DNA from: a virus
IMG/VR virus record: IMGVR_UViG_3300043411_000715
Location: 5,492 to 69,491 of that record
DNA length: 64,000 nucleotides
Direction: 5' to 3' (one strand)
Shown here: positions 1-9,800 of the stretch, piece after piece
How the letters are laid out: every line of letters starts with the position of its first letter
Numbering within the stretch: the first letter of the stretch is position 1
The notes under the pieces: generated by a model
Database searches by the model: none
Told to the model about the DNA's origin: nothing
What the model saw: the letters and a program-made list of their open reading frames with translations, nothing else
Program-made: the position numbers and the translations under genes

Positions 1-16
1 CGGGAGTATCACGTCA

Positions 17-364
17 TTGGTCGGCTATAGCCCTGACACACACAAAACAGTGCCAGCGCCGCCAGGCGAGATTGATTTGTGCTATTGGGATAACGGGGTG
101 CAGCACATGCCGCCACAGCCCAGCCCGCACCATCGGTTTGACTACATCACCAAAAATTGGGTGCTTGATGTGTCTACTGCTTGGGCTGTTGTGCGCCATA
201 AGCGCGACGCTCTGCTAATCCAGTCCGACTGGGTTGTTTTGCGCGCAGCCGACCGCAGCGAGCCAGTGCCGCCCGCGTGGTTGGCCTATCGCCAGGCGCT
301 GCGCGACGTGACCGAGCAGCAAGACCCGTTGAATATCGCCTGGCCGGTGGCGCCGGCGGCTTGA
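17..364 (+). CDS. Phage tail fibre assembly chaperone (true start may lie upstream of the window)
   Basis: C-terminal 'VRHKRDALLIQSDW...W.AYRQALRDVTEQ..P.NI.WP..P' pattern typical of tail assembly chaperones. Confidence 0.75.
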   Translation: MVGYSPDTHKTVPAPPGEIDLCYWDNGVQHMPPQPSPHHRFDYITKNWVLDVSTAWAVVRHKRDALLIQSDWVVLRAADRSEPVPPAWLAYRQALRDVTEQQDPLNIAWPVAPAA

Positions 365-379
365 AAATCTAGACCGCGC

Positions 380-399
380 CGATTCCCGCATGGCCCACT
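380..399 (+). promoter_or_regulatory. Late-gene upstream motif CGATTCCCGCATGGCCCACT (copy 1)
   Basis: Identical 20-mer at 39011-39030; variants at 41901 and 43157, all just upstream of virion genes. Confidence 0.6.
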
Positions 400-406
400 T
401 CAGGCC

Positions 407-805
407 ATGCCCCTGAGCTTTGACTTCGAGCGCATCGCCCGCTTTGTGAAAGAGCGCGTCCCGGTGGACGTGTGCGAGCGCATGCGGGCCTTCGGCTGGG
501 AGCGCGACGGGGTGCTGGTGGCCGGCGTGCTGGTGTACGGCTGGACGGGGCCGGCGGCCTGGATTCACGCGGCCGGCGACGGGCAATGGCTGACCCGAGG
601 CTTTGCCCGGACGGTGTTCGGCTACGTGTTCCGCGACATGGCCTGTGCGCGGCTGTTTGCCTGCGCCGAGGCATCCAACTCGAAATCCATCGCGTTCATG
701 GGGCGCCTGGGCTTCACTGTGGTCGGACGCCTGGACGGCGCGGCGCGCGACGGCGGCCCGATGCTGATCAATCAACTTCTCAAAGAGGACTGCAGCTATG
801 GGTAA
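407..805 (+). CDS. GNAT-family acetyltransferase (virion-module type)
   Basis: 'ACAEASNSKSIAFMGRLGFTVVGRL' GNAT C-terminal motif; located before ejection genes as in podoviruses. Confidence 0.75.
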   Translation: MPLSFDFERIARFVKERVPVDVCERMRAFGWERDGVLVAGVLVYGWTGPAAWIHAAGDGQWLTRGFARTVFGYVFRDMACARLFACAEASNSKSIAFMGRLGFTVVGRLDGAARDGGPMLINQLLKEDCSYG

Positions 806-1583
806 AGGCGCTGACGTTCCAGCTCCCGATCCGCGCTTGATCGACGCTCAGATCAAGAGCTTGGGTATTCAGGATCAGGCGATCCAGTACATGATCGACG
901 CATCGAAGGACATGGCGCCGCAACAGCGCCAGATGATGCAGGACTCGATCGACCGGTCGAAGGTGCTGTGGCAGCAGTCGCAGGAAGACCGCGAGTTCGC
1001 GCTGGGCAAGCGGGCGCAACTGGCGGGCATCCAGAACGCCATCGTGCGAGACGCCAATTCGTTCAACACCGAGGATCGGCGCGCCGAGCTGGCCGGCGAG
1101 GCCATGGGCGACGTGAACCAGGCGTTTGCCAATGCGCGCGGCCAGAGCCAGCGCGAAATGGCGCGCATGGGCGTGAACCCGAACGATGGCCGACAGGCGG
1201 CGATGAGCGGCCAGATGGCGGCCCAGCAGGCGCTGGGGCTGGCCACGGCCGGCAACAAGGCCCGTGTGCAGGCGCGCCAGGAGGGCTACCAGCTCACCGA
1301 CCGGGCCAACAACGTCTTGGCAGGCTACCCGTCGATGTCGGCCAGTTCGGTCGGGGTGGGTGCGGGCGTGGCCGGCATGGGGCAGCAGGCGCTGTCGCAG
1401 GGCCAGGCCGGCATTCTGGCCCCCAGTCAGGCGATTGTCAGCGGGGCCGGCGCAATGTCGGCCAATGCCGGCAACATCTGGGGCCAGCAGAACCAAGCCT
1501 ACCAGCAGGCGCAGCAGCAGGACGCGGCGGCTGGCGGCATGTTTGGCAGCGCCCTGGGGACCATCGGCATGATTGCGATGTGA
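798..1583 (+). CDS. Putative DNA ejection/internal virion protein
   Basis: MGKG..PAPDP N-terminus, Ala/Gln/Gly-rich helical sequence, Gly-rich hydrophobic C-terminus; position. Confidence 0.6.
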   Translation: MGKGADVPAPDPRLIDAQIKSLGIQDQAIQYMIDASKDMAPQQRQMMQDSIDRSKVLWQQSQEDREFALGKRAQLAGIQNAIVRDANSFNTEDRRAELAGEAMGDVNQAFANARGQSQREMARMGVNPNDGRQAAMSGQMAAQQALGLATAGNKARVQARQEGYQLTDRANNVLAGYPSMSASSVGVGAGVAGMGQQALSQGQAGILAPSQAIVSGAGAMSANAGNIWGQQNQAYQQAQQQDAAAGGMFGSALGTIGMIAM

Positions 1584-1584
1584 A

Positions 1585-2328
1585 ATGACGGCTCTTGAAA
1601 CAGCCGCCGAGGCATTCAACCGTCACACCCGAATCGCCTTCCAGTTCTCTGGTGGGCGCGATTCCACCGCTGCCCTGCACGTGCTGCGCCCGCTGTGGGA
1701 CAAGATGGCGATCTACACCCTGAACACGGGGGATGCGTGGCCTGAAACGCTTGGCGTCACGGCCGCCATGGAACAACTGGTTGGCCGGCCGTTCACGGTC
1801 ATCCGAAGCGACGCACCGACGTACTGGCGGGTCATGGGGAACCCCTCCGACGTGGTGCCGACCGGGCGCACGCCCATGGGTTTGCTGGTGAAGGATGGCG
1901 AGCCCATTTCTGATCGCTTTGCCTGCTGCACGGCCAACATCATGCGCCCGATGCACGAGCGCATGGCGGCGGACGGCATCACCCTGATCGTGCGCGGCAC
2001 GCGGGCGGCGGACTACGTGGTTCCTCCGGTGCTCTCGGGTGAGCGCGACGATCAATTCGAGTACCTGTACCCGATCGAAGACTGGTCGGATGCGCAGGTG
2101 GCCGAGTACATCGAGCATCACCAGCTTCCGGTGTCGCCGGTCTACGCCGCTGGCGCGCCGCACGGCAGCGACTGCCTGCACTGCACGGCCTGGTGGGACG
2201 ACGGCCGCCTGCCGTACCTGCGCGAGCACTACCCGGTGGCGTTTCAGCGGTTCGAGCGCCATGTTGCGCGCGTGCATGACGCGATCACCGAGCAATTCAA
2301 GCCACTGACCGAGGGGGCCAACTCATGA
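1585..2328 (+). CDS. PAPS-reductase-family protein
   Basis: PP-loop 'QFSGGRDS', 'NTG', 'CC', 'YPIEDWSDAQV..YI', 'DCLHC'. Confidence 0.85.
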   Translation: MTALETAAEAFNRHTRIAFQFSGGRDSTAALHVLRPLWDKMAIYTLNTGDAWPETLGVTAAMEQLVGRPFTVIRSDAPTYWRVMGNPSDVVPTGRTPMGLLVKDGEPISDRFACCTANIMRPMHERMAADGITLIVRGTRAADYVVPPVLSGERDDQFEYLYPIEDWSDAQVAEYIEHHQLPVSPVYAAGAPHGSDCLHCTAWWDDGRLPYLREHYPVAFQRFERHVARVHDAITEQFKPLTEGANS

Positions 2329-3797
2329 GTAGAGGTTTCAACAGCAATTTCCTTGCCGGCCTGGTGTCTGGCGGCCTGGGCACGTACCTGAAAATGAAGG
2401 ACGTGGAACGAGCCGACGCACGCGAGAAGCGCGAGCAGGAGGCGGCTGAATACCTGGCAGAGCAGCGTGGACGCGAGCGCACGCGCCAGCGAAACATCGA
2501 CGCGGCGATGGATGACTATGCGGCGATGGAGGGCTCGGGGCAGGTTCTGGACAAGAACGCCAGCGGGTTCTCGCCGTCGCAGGTGACGCAGCTCATGGGC
2601 CAAGGCGGACAGGCCGCGGTAGACGCCGAGGCCACCAAGATCGCCGATGCCGAGATGGCGGCCGGCGGCCCGCCCAGCAAGGTGTCGTCGATGATCCCGA
2701 ACTTTGCCGATCCGGGCGGCGCTCCGGCGCAGGGCGCGCCCACGGTGGCCATGCGCGACGCCACCAACGCGGACCGCATCGGCGGCCTGCAGCGCATTGC
2801 CCTGGCCTCGCGCGATGCCGGCGCCATCGAGCGCCTGGGGCAGGCGAGGATGCAAGCCAAGTACGGGCAGGAGGACATGGCCGCCGCCGCTGCCGTGATG
2901 AAAGACCCGACGGGACCGCAGGCGCAGGCGCTGGTCGGCCTGGTCAAGCAAAGCGTGCCGGGCGCCAGCCTGGACTTCGACAATACGACCGGCAACTTTG
3001 TCGGCTCGATCGGCAACAAGGCGGTGAATCTGTCGCCGGCCCAGCTTGGGCAACTGGCCGTGGCGCAGAACCAGTTCAGCCGCGCCGATCCGGCCGCGCT
3101 GCAAACCATCGCCGGGATCGACAAGGACTTGGCCGGCGCGGCTGCCGGGGCTTGGCAAACGCAGCTCAAGATGGCTGAGTTCGGGCAAAAGCAGAAGTAC
3201 CAGGGCGCGCAGATCACGCACATGCAGAACCAGGACGCGAACCAGGCGCTGACCGCTGGCGCGAATGCCGTGCACATGCAGCAGCAAACCGCCGACTTGC
3301 AGCGCAAGGCGGCCACGGAAGCCGAAACCCGCGGTGTGGTGGAGCGGCTGTACAAGGCCAAGAACCCGAACGCGAGCGACGACGAGGTAAAGGCGGCCGG
3401 CCTGCGCGTGATGGATGGCCTGGTGGACAAGAACGCGCCGGCCGAGGTGAAGTTGGCCAGCGCCATGGTGAAGTTCGGTGTTGCCCCCGACATGAAAACG
3501 GCGCTGGAGCGCTCCATGTCGAGCAAGGAAGCATCGCCCGACAAGCTGCGCGCCGATGTCTACAAGGCAGCGCTCACGGCCAATTTTGGCGACGCCAAGA
3601 AAGCGGAGGCGGTCGCCGATCAATTCATGGCGTACATGGCCCAGTTCGGCAAGCCGAGCACGTCCAACCCGCAAGCCGTCACGCCATCCAGCGTCACTGG
3701 CAGACGAACCGGGCCGACCGCCGGCGCCGTGGTGAGCGGATTCCGCTTCAAGGGCGGCAATCCGAATGACAAGGCCAACTGGGAACCTGCGAAGTAA
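2325..3797 (+). CDS. Putative ejection/internal virion protein
   Basis: 490-aa Ala/Gln-rich ORF with C-terminal 'GFRFKGGNPNDKANWEP' motif, directly before the giant gene. Confidence 0.6.
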   Translation: MSRGFNSNFLAGLVSGGLGTYLKMKDVERADAREKREQEAAEYLAEQRGRERTRQRNIDAAMDDYAAMEGSGQVLDKNASGFSPSQVTQLMGQGGQAAVDAEATKIADAEMAAGGPPSKVSSMIPNFADPGGAPAQGAPTVAMRDATNADRIGGLQRIALASRDAGAIERLGQARMQAKYGQEDMAAAAAVMKDPTGPQAQALVGLVKQSVPGASLDFDNTTGNFVGSIGNKAVNLSPAQLGQLAVAQNQFSRADPAALQTIAGIDKDLAGAAAGAWQTQLKMAEFGQKQKYQGAQITHMQNQDANQALTAGANAVHMQQQTADLQRKAATEAETRGVVERLYKAKNPNASDDEVKAAGLRVMDGLVDKNAPAEVKLASAMVKFGVAPDMKTALERSMSSKEASPDKLRADVYKAALTANFGDAKKAEAVADQFMAYMAQFGKPSTSNPQAVTPSSVTGRRTGPTAGAVVSGFRFKGGNPNDKANWEPAK

Positions 3798-3803
3798 AGG
3801 CGC

Positions 3804-6800
3804 GTGGACATGACCAACCCCTGGGAACAAGACTGGAGCGGCGCCGCGCCGCAGGCGAACGACAAAGCCCCTTGGGAGCAGGATTGGGGCAAGCCGTCCG
3901 ATGTGACCAAAGGCGGCGTGCTGGATACCGTGCGCGACTACACCCTGGCGGGCCTGAGCAAGGCGGGCCAAGGCAGTATGCAGGCGATCGCCGGCATGGC
4001 CGATACCGTGTCGGCGCCGGTGGCCAAGACGCGCGCCATGCTGACGGGCGCGGCGGCGCTGGCCGATCGCTGGCTCCCGGGCGACATCAACCCAACGTTG
4101 CAGGAGTTGGCGCAGGATGACGCCGCCGCGGCCGAGGCCAAGGCCCAGCAGAACGCCCTGAACAACCCGCTGGCGCGTGGGACGATGGCGTTGCGCGACG
4201 CCGCGCGCGAGCGCGGTCAGATGCTTCAGGACTTCGACAAGGAGTTCAACCCGGAGTTGGTGCGCCAGGAAGGGGAGATGTCCAAGGCGCAGGGCTTTTG
4301 GGAGAACGCCAAGGCCATCAAGGACAACCCGCTGGCGTTCTATGGCAACCTGATGCAATCGGCCCCTGCCATGGCGACCGGCATCGGGATGAGCAGCGGG
4401 GCCGCGCGCGCTGCTGGCGCGCTCGGCAAGGTTGCCGGCATGAGCGACGAGGCCGCGCTGGCGCTGGCCACGCGCAGCGCTGGCGCTGTCGGCACAGCTT
4501 CGGAGGCGGCGCTGTCTGGCAGTCAGGCGCGCGAGGGCATCCGATCCAACATCCTTGCAACGCCACATGCGCAGCTTGCCGAAAATTCGCCGCGCTATCA
4601 GGAGTTGATGTCGCAACCCGGCATGACGCCAGCGCTGGCGCGCGACACGCTGGCCAACGAGGTGAGCACGTCGGCGTCCTTGCTGACATCGGCGGCAACC
4701 GCGCTGGGATCGACTGTCACCAACCGGGTGTTCGGCAACCTGGAAGCGCAAATGATCGCCGGCAACAAGTTGGGCGCCAAGGACGCGCTGCTCAAGATGC
4801 CGGCCAAGGAAACGGCCGAGGAATCCGCCCAGGGGATGGGCGAGGACTATGTGCAGCATCGGGCGATGTTGCCGGCCGACAAGACCAACGCCTACGACCC
4901 GGGTGGCTCGTTTGTGCAGAACGCTGCGGCCGGCCTGGCCATGTCCGGGCCTGGGTCGGTGGGCGGCTACGCGCGCCAGCAGTACAACGCCTCGCGCGGG
5001 CTGAACCCGGACGGAACCAAGCCGGCGACCCCGCCTGCCGCGCCGCCGGCCGACGTGGCCATGGACATTCGATTCCCTGATGGCACGGTATCCAAAGACC
5101 CCGCTGGCGGCGCGTTCGACTACGCCAGGTATGACCAGTACCGCACAGCGCTGGAATCTGGCGGCCGGGCCGATGCCAAGAACCCGAACAGCTCGGCCAC
5201 CGGCCTGCACCAGTTCACCGAGGGCACGTGGCTGGCGATGGTCGAAAAAGCCAAGCCGGCCTGGGCCGAAGGCCTGAGCCGCGACCAAATTTTGGCCGCG
5301 CGTACCGATGCTGGCAAGTCCACCGAAATGGTGCGCGTGCTGGACAGCGAGAATTCCGCGCGCCTGCGGGCGGCCGGGCAGCCGGTGAACGAGCACACCC
5401 TGTACGCGGCGCACCACTTCGGCTCCGGCCGGGCCATCGACTTTGCCAAGGCGGGCGACGACGCGTTGATGAGCAACATCTTGTCGCCGTCGCAGATGCG
5501 GGCGAACCCGTACCTGGAAGGTCTGACCAAGGCGCAGGCGATTGCCAACTGGGACAGCCGCGCGGGCGGCGCGGCGCCCGCGGCAAGCCCAGCGACAAAG
5601 CCGGCGGCCGAAAGCGACATCGCCAGCACCGAAACCGACGCCGCGGCCGAGGCCCTACAGCCGCGCGAGGCCGCGGACGTGGACAAGGTGTCCGCGCTGG
5701 ACAAGCAGGCCCAGGCGCTGCAAAGCCGCTGGAACGACCTGAACAAGCCCGAGTACGGCCCCGCCTTCGACACCGAGCGGGCCGATTTGCAAAGCCAGAT
5801 CGCGGCGCTGCGCGGCGAGCGTGACCAGCTGGCCCGCGACTGGCCCAAACCCGAGTACGGCCACCCCACCAGCTTCGCCACCGAATCCGGCGTGCGGCTG
5901 GATGGCCGCTATGCGCTCGTGGATGCCGATGCGCTGGTGACCAGCCACAACTCGCTGCTGAACAAGAACGGCGCCTACCCGCAGGAGCTGCAGCCGCGCG
6001 AGCGTGACCGCGCCGCCAGCGAAGCGCAGATTTCGGGCATCGTCAACAAACTTGACCCGGCCCGCCTGGGCATGAGTGCGGATGCCGCCACTGGCGCGCC
6101 GATCATCGGCGCCGACGGCGTGGTGGAGTCGGGCAACGCCCGCACGATCGCCCTGATGCGCGCCTACGAGGCCAACGGCCAGAAGGCGGCCGAGTACCGC
6201 CAGTTCCTGAGCGACAACGCCAACCAGTTCGGCCTGAGCGCTGAGCAGGTGGGGGCGCTGAAGAACCCGGTGCTGGTGCGCGTGCGCGACACACCCGTGG
6301 ATCGTGCCGAGTTCGCGCGCCAGGCCAACGCCAGCACGGTGGCCGCCATGTCGCCGTCGGAGCAGGCGCGCTCGGACGCGCAGCGCATCGACAACATGGA
6401 GGACTTGACGCCCAACGACGATGGCGACTTTGCCACCTCGCGCGACTTCATCCGCCGCTTCATGGCGCGCCTGCCGATGACCGAGCAGGCCGGCATGGTG
6501 GATTCGTCGGGCGCGCTGTCCACGGCGGGCTACGCGCGCGTGCGCAATGCCGTTCTGGCCAAGGCCTACGGCGATTCGCCGGTGTTGCAGCGCCTGACCG
6601 AAAGCATGGACGACAACCTGCGCAACATCAGCAAGGCGCTGGTGATGGCGGCGCCCGAGGTGGCAAAAATGCGCAGCGCGATCGACGCGGGCGCGCGCTT
6701 CGACGTGGACATCACCCCTGACCTGATGGCTGCCGTGACCGAGCTGTCGCGCCTGAAAGACGCCGGCACCAGCGTGCAGGACGCCATCGCGCAGGTCGGC

Positions 6801-9800
6801 ATGTTCGGCGAATACTCGACCGAGGTCCGCGATCTGCTGCAATTCCTGGCCGACAACATCCGCCGGCCGCGGCGCATTGCCGATTTCGTGCGCGCCTACT
6901 ATGCTGCGCTGGATCAGGCCGGCGACCCCAACCAAGGCTCGCTCCTGGGCGAGAAGCAGCCGCCCGCCAAGGGCGATCTGATGACTGCCGCGCGCCAGGA
7001 CGCGCAAGGAGAACTGCTCGATGGCAATCCCGCAACCGCAACCCGATCCGCAGCAGATGCAGCGGGCGATCAAGGCCGTGCGCAAGCTGGCCCTGAAGGT
7101 CGAGTCCAGCGCCCGGATGAAGCGCGCCGTGGCCATGGCGATCAAGTCGATGGGCCTGCCCGATCCGAAGCCGCAGTAGACAAGCAGCCGTCGCCGACCG
7201 GTCAATGGCGCACCTTCCCGCCCGACATGGGCAGCCTGGGCATTCCGCGCGCCGAGATGCCGCAGATCAAGGGCGAGCATCGGGGAGCATTCATCCAGTT
7301 CCTGAAGGGCCGCGGCATCGAGGCCAGCGAGCAGCACGAGGTTGACGCTGCCAAACTCAAGCCGACGCAGGCCGAGTTCTCCATGGCCAAGGTCGAGGGG
7401 TTCCTGAAGAAGGGGCTCGGATCGGGTCGCTCCGTTCTGGTGTCGTCCGATGGCTACGTGCTGGACGGACACCACCAGTGGATGGCGCACGCCGTCGCCA
7501 ACCAGGACATCCCGGTCATCACCCTGAACGCGCCGATGCGTGAGCTGCTGGCGGTGGCGCACGAGTTCCCGAGTGTGCAGCGCAGCGAAGGCGCGGCCAA
7601 CGACCCGAACGCCAGCCGGCGCGAAGCGGTGCAGGACTTCAAGGCCGCCATGGCCGATCTGGCCGACATCGCCACCAAGTGGCAGCGCGCGGCCCTGGTG
7701 CCCGAGAAGGACGCCGATCTGATGCCAGTGCTGGCGCGGCTGTTCGATGCCGCCATCCGCATCGTGGGCACCGATCTGAAGGCGGCCACGCGCTGGGTGA
7801 AGGACCAGCTGCGCGCGAACCCGGCAACCAAGAAGCTGGTCAACAAGGTCGAGCCGATGAGCTTTCGCAAGGCGGCCGAGCAGGCGCTGGAGGCCATGAG
7901 CGAGCCACCGGCCCAGGGCGGGCTGTTCGACAGCCCGGAGCAGGCCAGCGAGGCGGTGCAGGGCGACATGTTCGGTCTGCCCGAGGCGCGGCCCTATGCG
8001 CAGTTGAGCGCGGACGAAAAGGCGGCGTTTGATCGGCGGCAGGGCATTCGAGCGTCGGATCGTGGGCGCGTCAGCGCGGCGAACTACGACACGGCGCGCG
8101 ACAACTACAGCCCGCCGGCGGTCGAATCGTTCATGCCCAAGGAGGCGCTGGCGGCGGCCGACAAGGTGATTGCCGAGCATCAGCCGGAAAAACGAAATGA
8201 TGCAGCGCCTGCGCTTAGTGTCGAAGATCGCGCACGCGCCGAGTCTTTGCTGGCACCGGTTCTGGCGAAGGCGGCCGAAGCGAAGGCTGAGTTCGATCAG
8301 AAAGTGATCGACATCGCCCAGCGCGTCGGAGCGCTGGGGCAGCAGTTGGCGCCTCTCAAGGGCCTGAAGCGCGGTGCCGAGAAGCTGGTCGAGGAAAAAT
8401 TCGACGTCGGTGGCATGAAGGACTTGCTGCGTTCGACGATCGTGGTGCGCAGCTACGCCGATGCCCAGGCCGTGGTGGATGCGATCGAGAGTGAGTTCAA
8501 GCTGCTGCGCGCGCCCAAGAACCGCACGGGCGACGTGCCGCTACGCGCCCAAGGCGAGGATGTGGCTCCAGAAGACCCGGCGAAGTACGCCGGCTACAGC
8601 GACATCATGGTCAACGTGGTGATGCCCAACGGCACGATCGCGGAAATCCAGATCAACACCCCCGACATGTTGGCCGCCAAGGGCGCGCAGGGGCACAAGC
8701 TATATGAGGTGCTTCGCGCTGAACCGAAAGGTAGCGCGACGTTTGACGTGGTGAATGCGGCGAGCCTGGCGTTTTACGCCGAGGCGCGGGCTGCGGCGAG
8801 AAATTCCTCTTCGGTCATGCGAGACCAGTCGGCTGGCCAGAACCCGTTGGCGGGTTTGAGCCCTTCCCAGGGGGCTTTCTCGTCAAGCCAGAACCGCTTG
8901 CCGTCCGGGAACTCGACATACGACCGCTCGATGCCGTCGCCGTCGGCGCGATCCATGCCGAAAACGCAGCCGGGCGGGAATTTGTCAGGGACTTTCATGG
9001 GTTCCTCCGATGCCTCCATTGTACCCGGCCAGGGCGCGGGACGCAGCGCCACTAGTGCAGCCGCGCAACAAAGTCAAGCGCAAAATCGCGCCTCGCGCAA
9101 CAATTCGCAGAACGACCTGTTTGGAGCCCAAGATGCCAGTGCTGAAGGAAACCGTCCGCCGGGCGATGCAGGCGCAGGCGCCGCAGCTGTACCGGCAACT
9201 GGAGCGCAGCGGCAAGCTGGCCAGCTTCGTGAAGGAGCAGGCGGACGCGCTGAACGCGGAAATCCACGACGCGGTGATGCAGCGGATGATGGAGCCCGAC
9301 ATGCAGGCGCTGCCCGATCTGGAGCGGCCCAAGCGGGCCGCGGCGCTGGATCAGGCGCACACCGAAATCGCGCTCGCGCAGATGGCGTTCCCGTCAGCCG
9401 AGACATCCCCGCCAAGTCCGGGCGAAACTACAGCTTCTCAGGCCCCGACGACCTGAGCTACACCGGCTCGTGGGCGAAGAAGGCCGAGGCCAACGTCGCC
9501 GCCGTCGAGCTGCTGCGCGACCTCATCGCCGACAAGCGCCAGGCCACGCCCGATGAACAGGCCGTGCTGGCCAAGTTCGTCGGCTGGGGCGCGTCGGAGC
9601 TGGCCAACAACCTGTTCGGCGACAAGCTGAACGCTCCGGCCCAGGCGCTGCGCGAGTACGAATCAGCCAGCAAGGAAATGGACAAGCTGGGCCGTGGCTC
9701 GTTGTCCAAGGGCGGACAGTACCGCGGCCAATATGCCGACCCGGGCTATTACCAGGCGGTGGGCGTGTTGCGCGCGGCGGGCAAAGTCGCCCCGCACGAG

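Noticed and set aside
1585-2328. Dnd phosphorothioation system
   Set aside because: No dndA/B/D/E-like neighbours in the window
7021-9456. Interpreting the codon-bias shifts in the giant gene as sequencing frameshifts or programmed frameshifting
   Set aside because: The main frame is open throughout, and the alternative frames have their own RBS, start and stop
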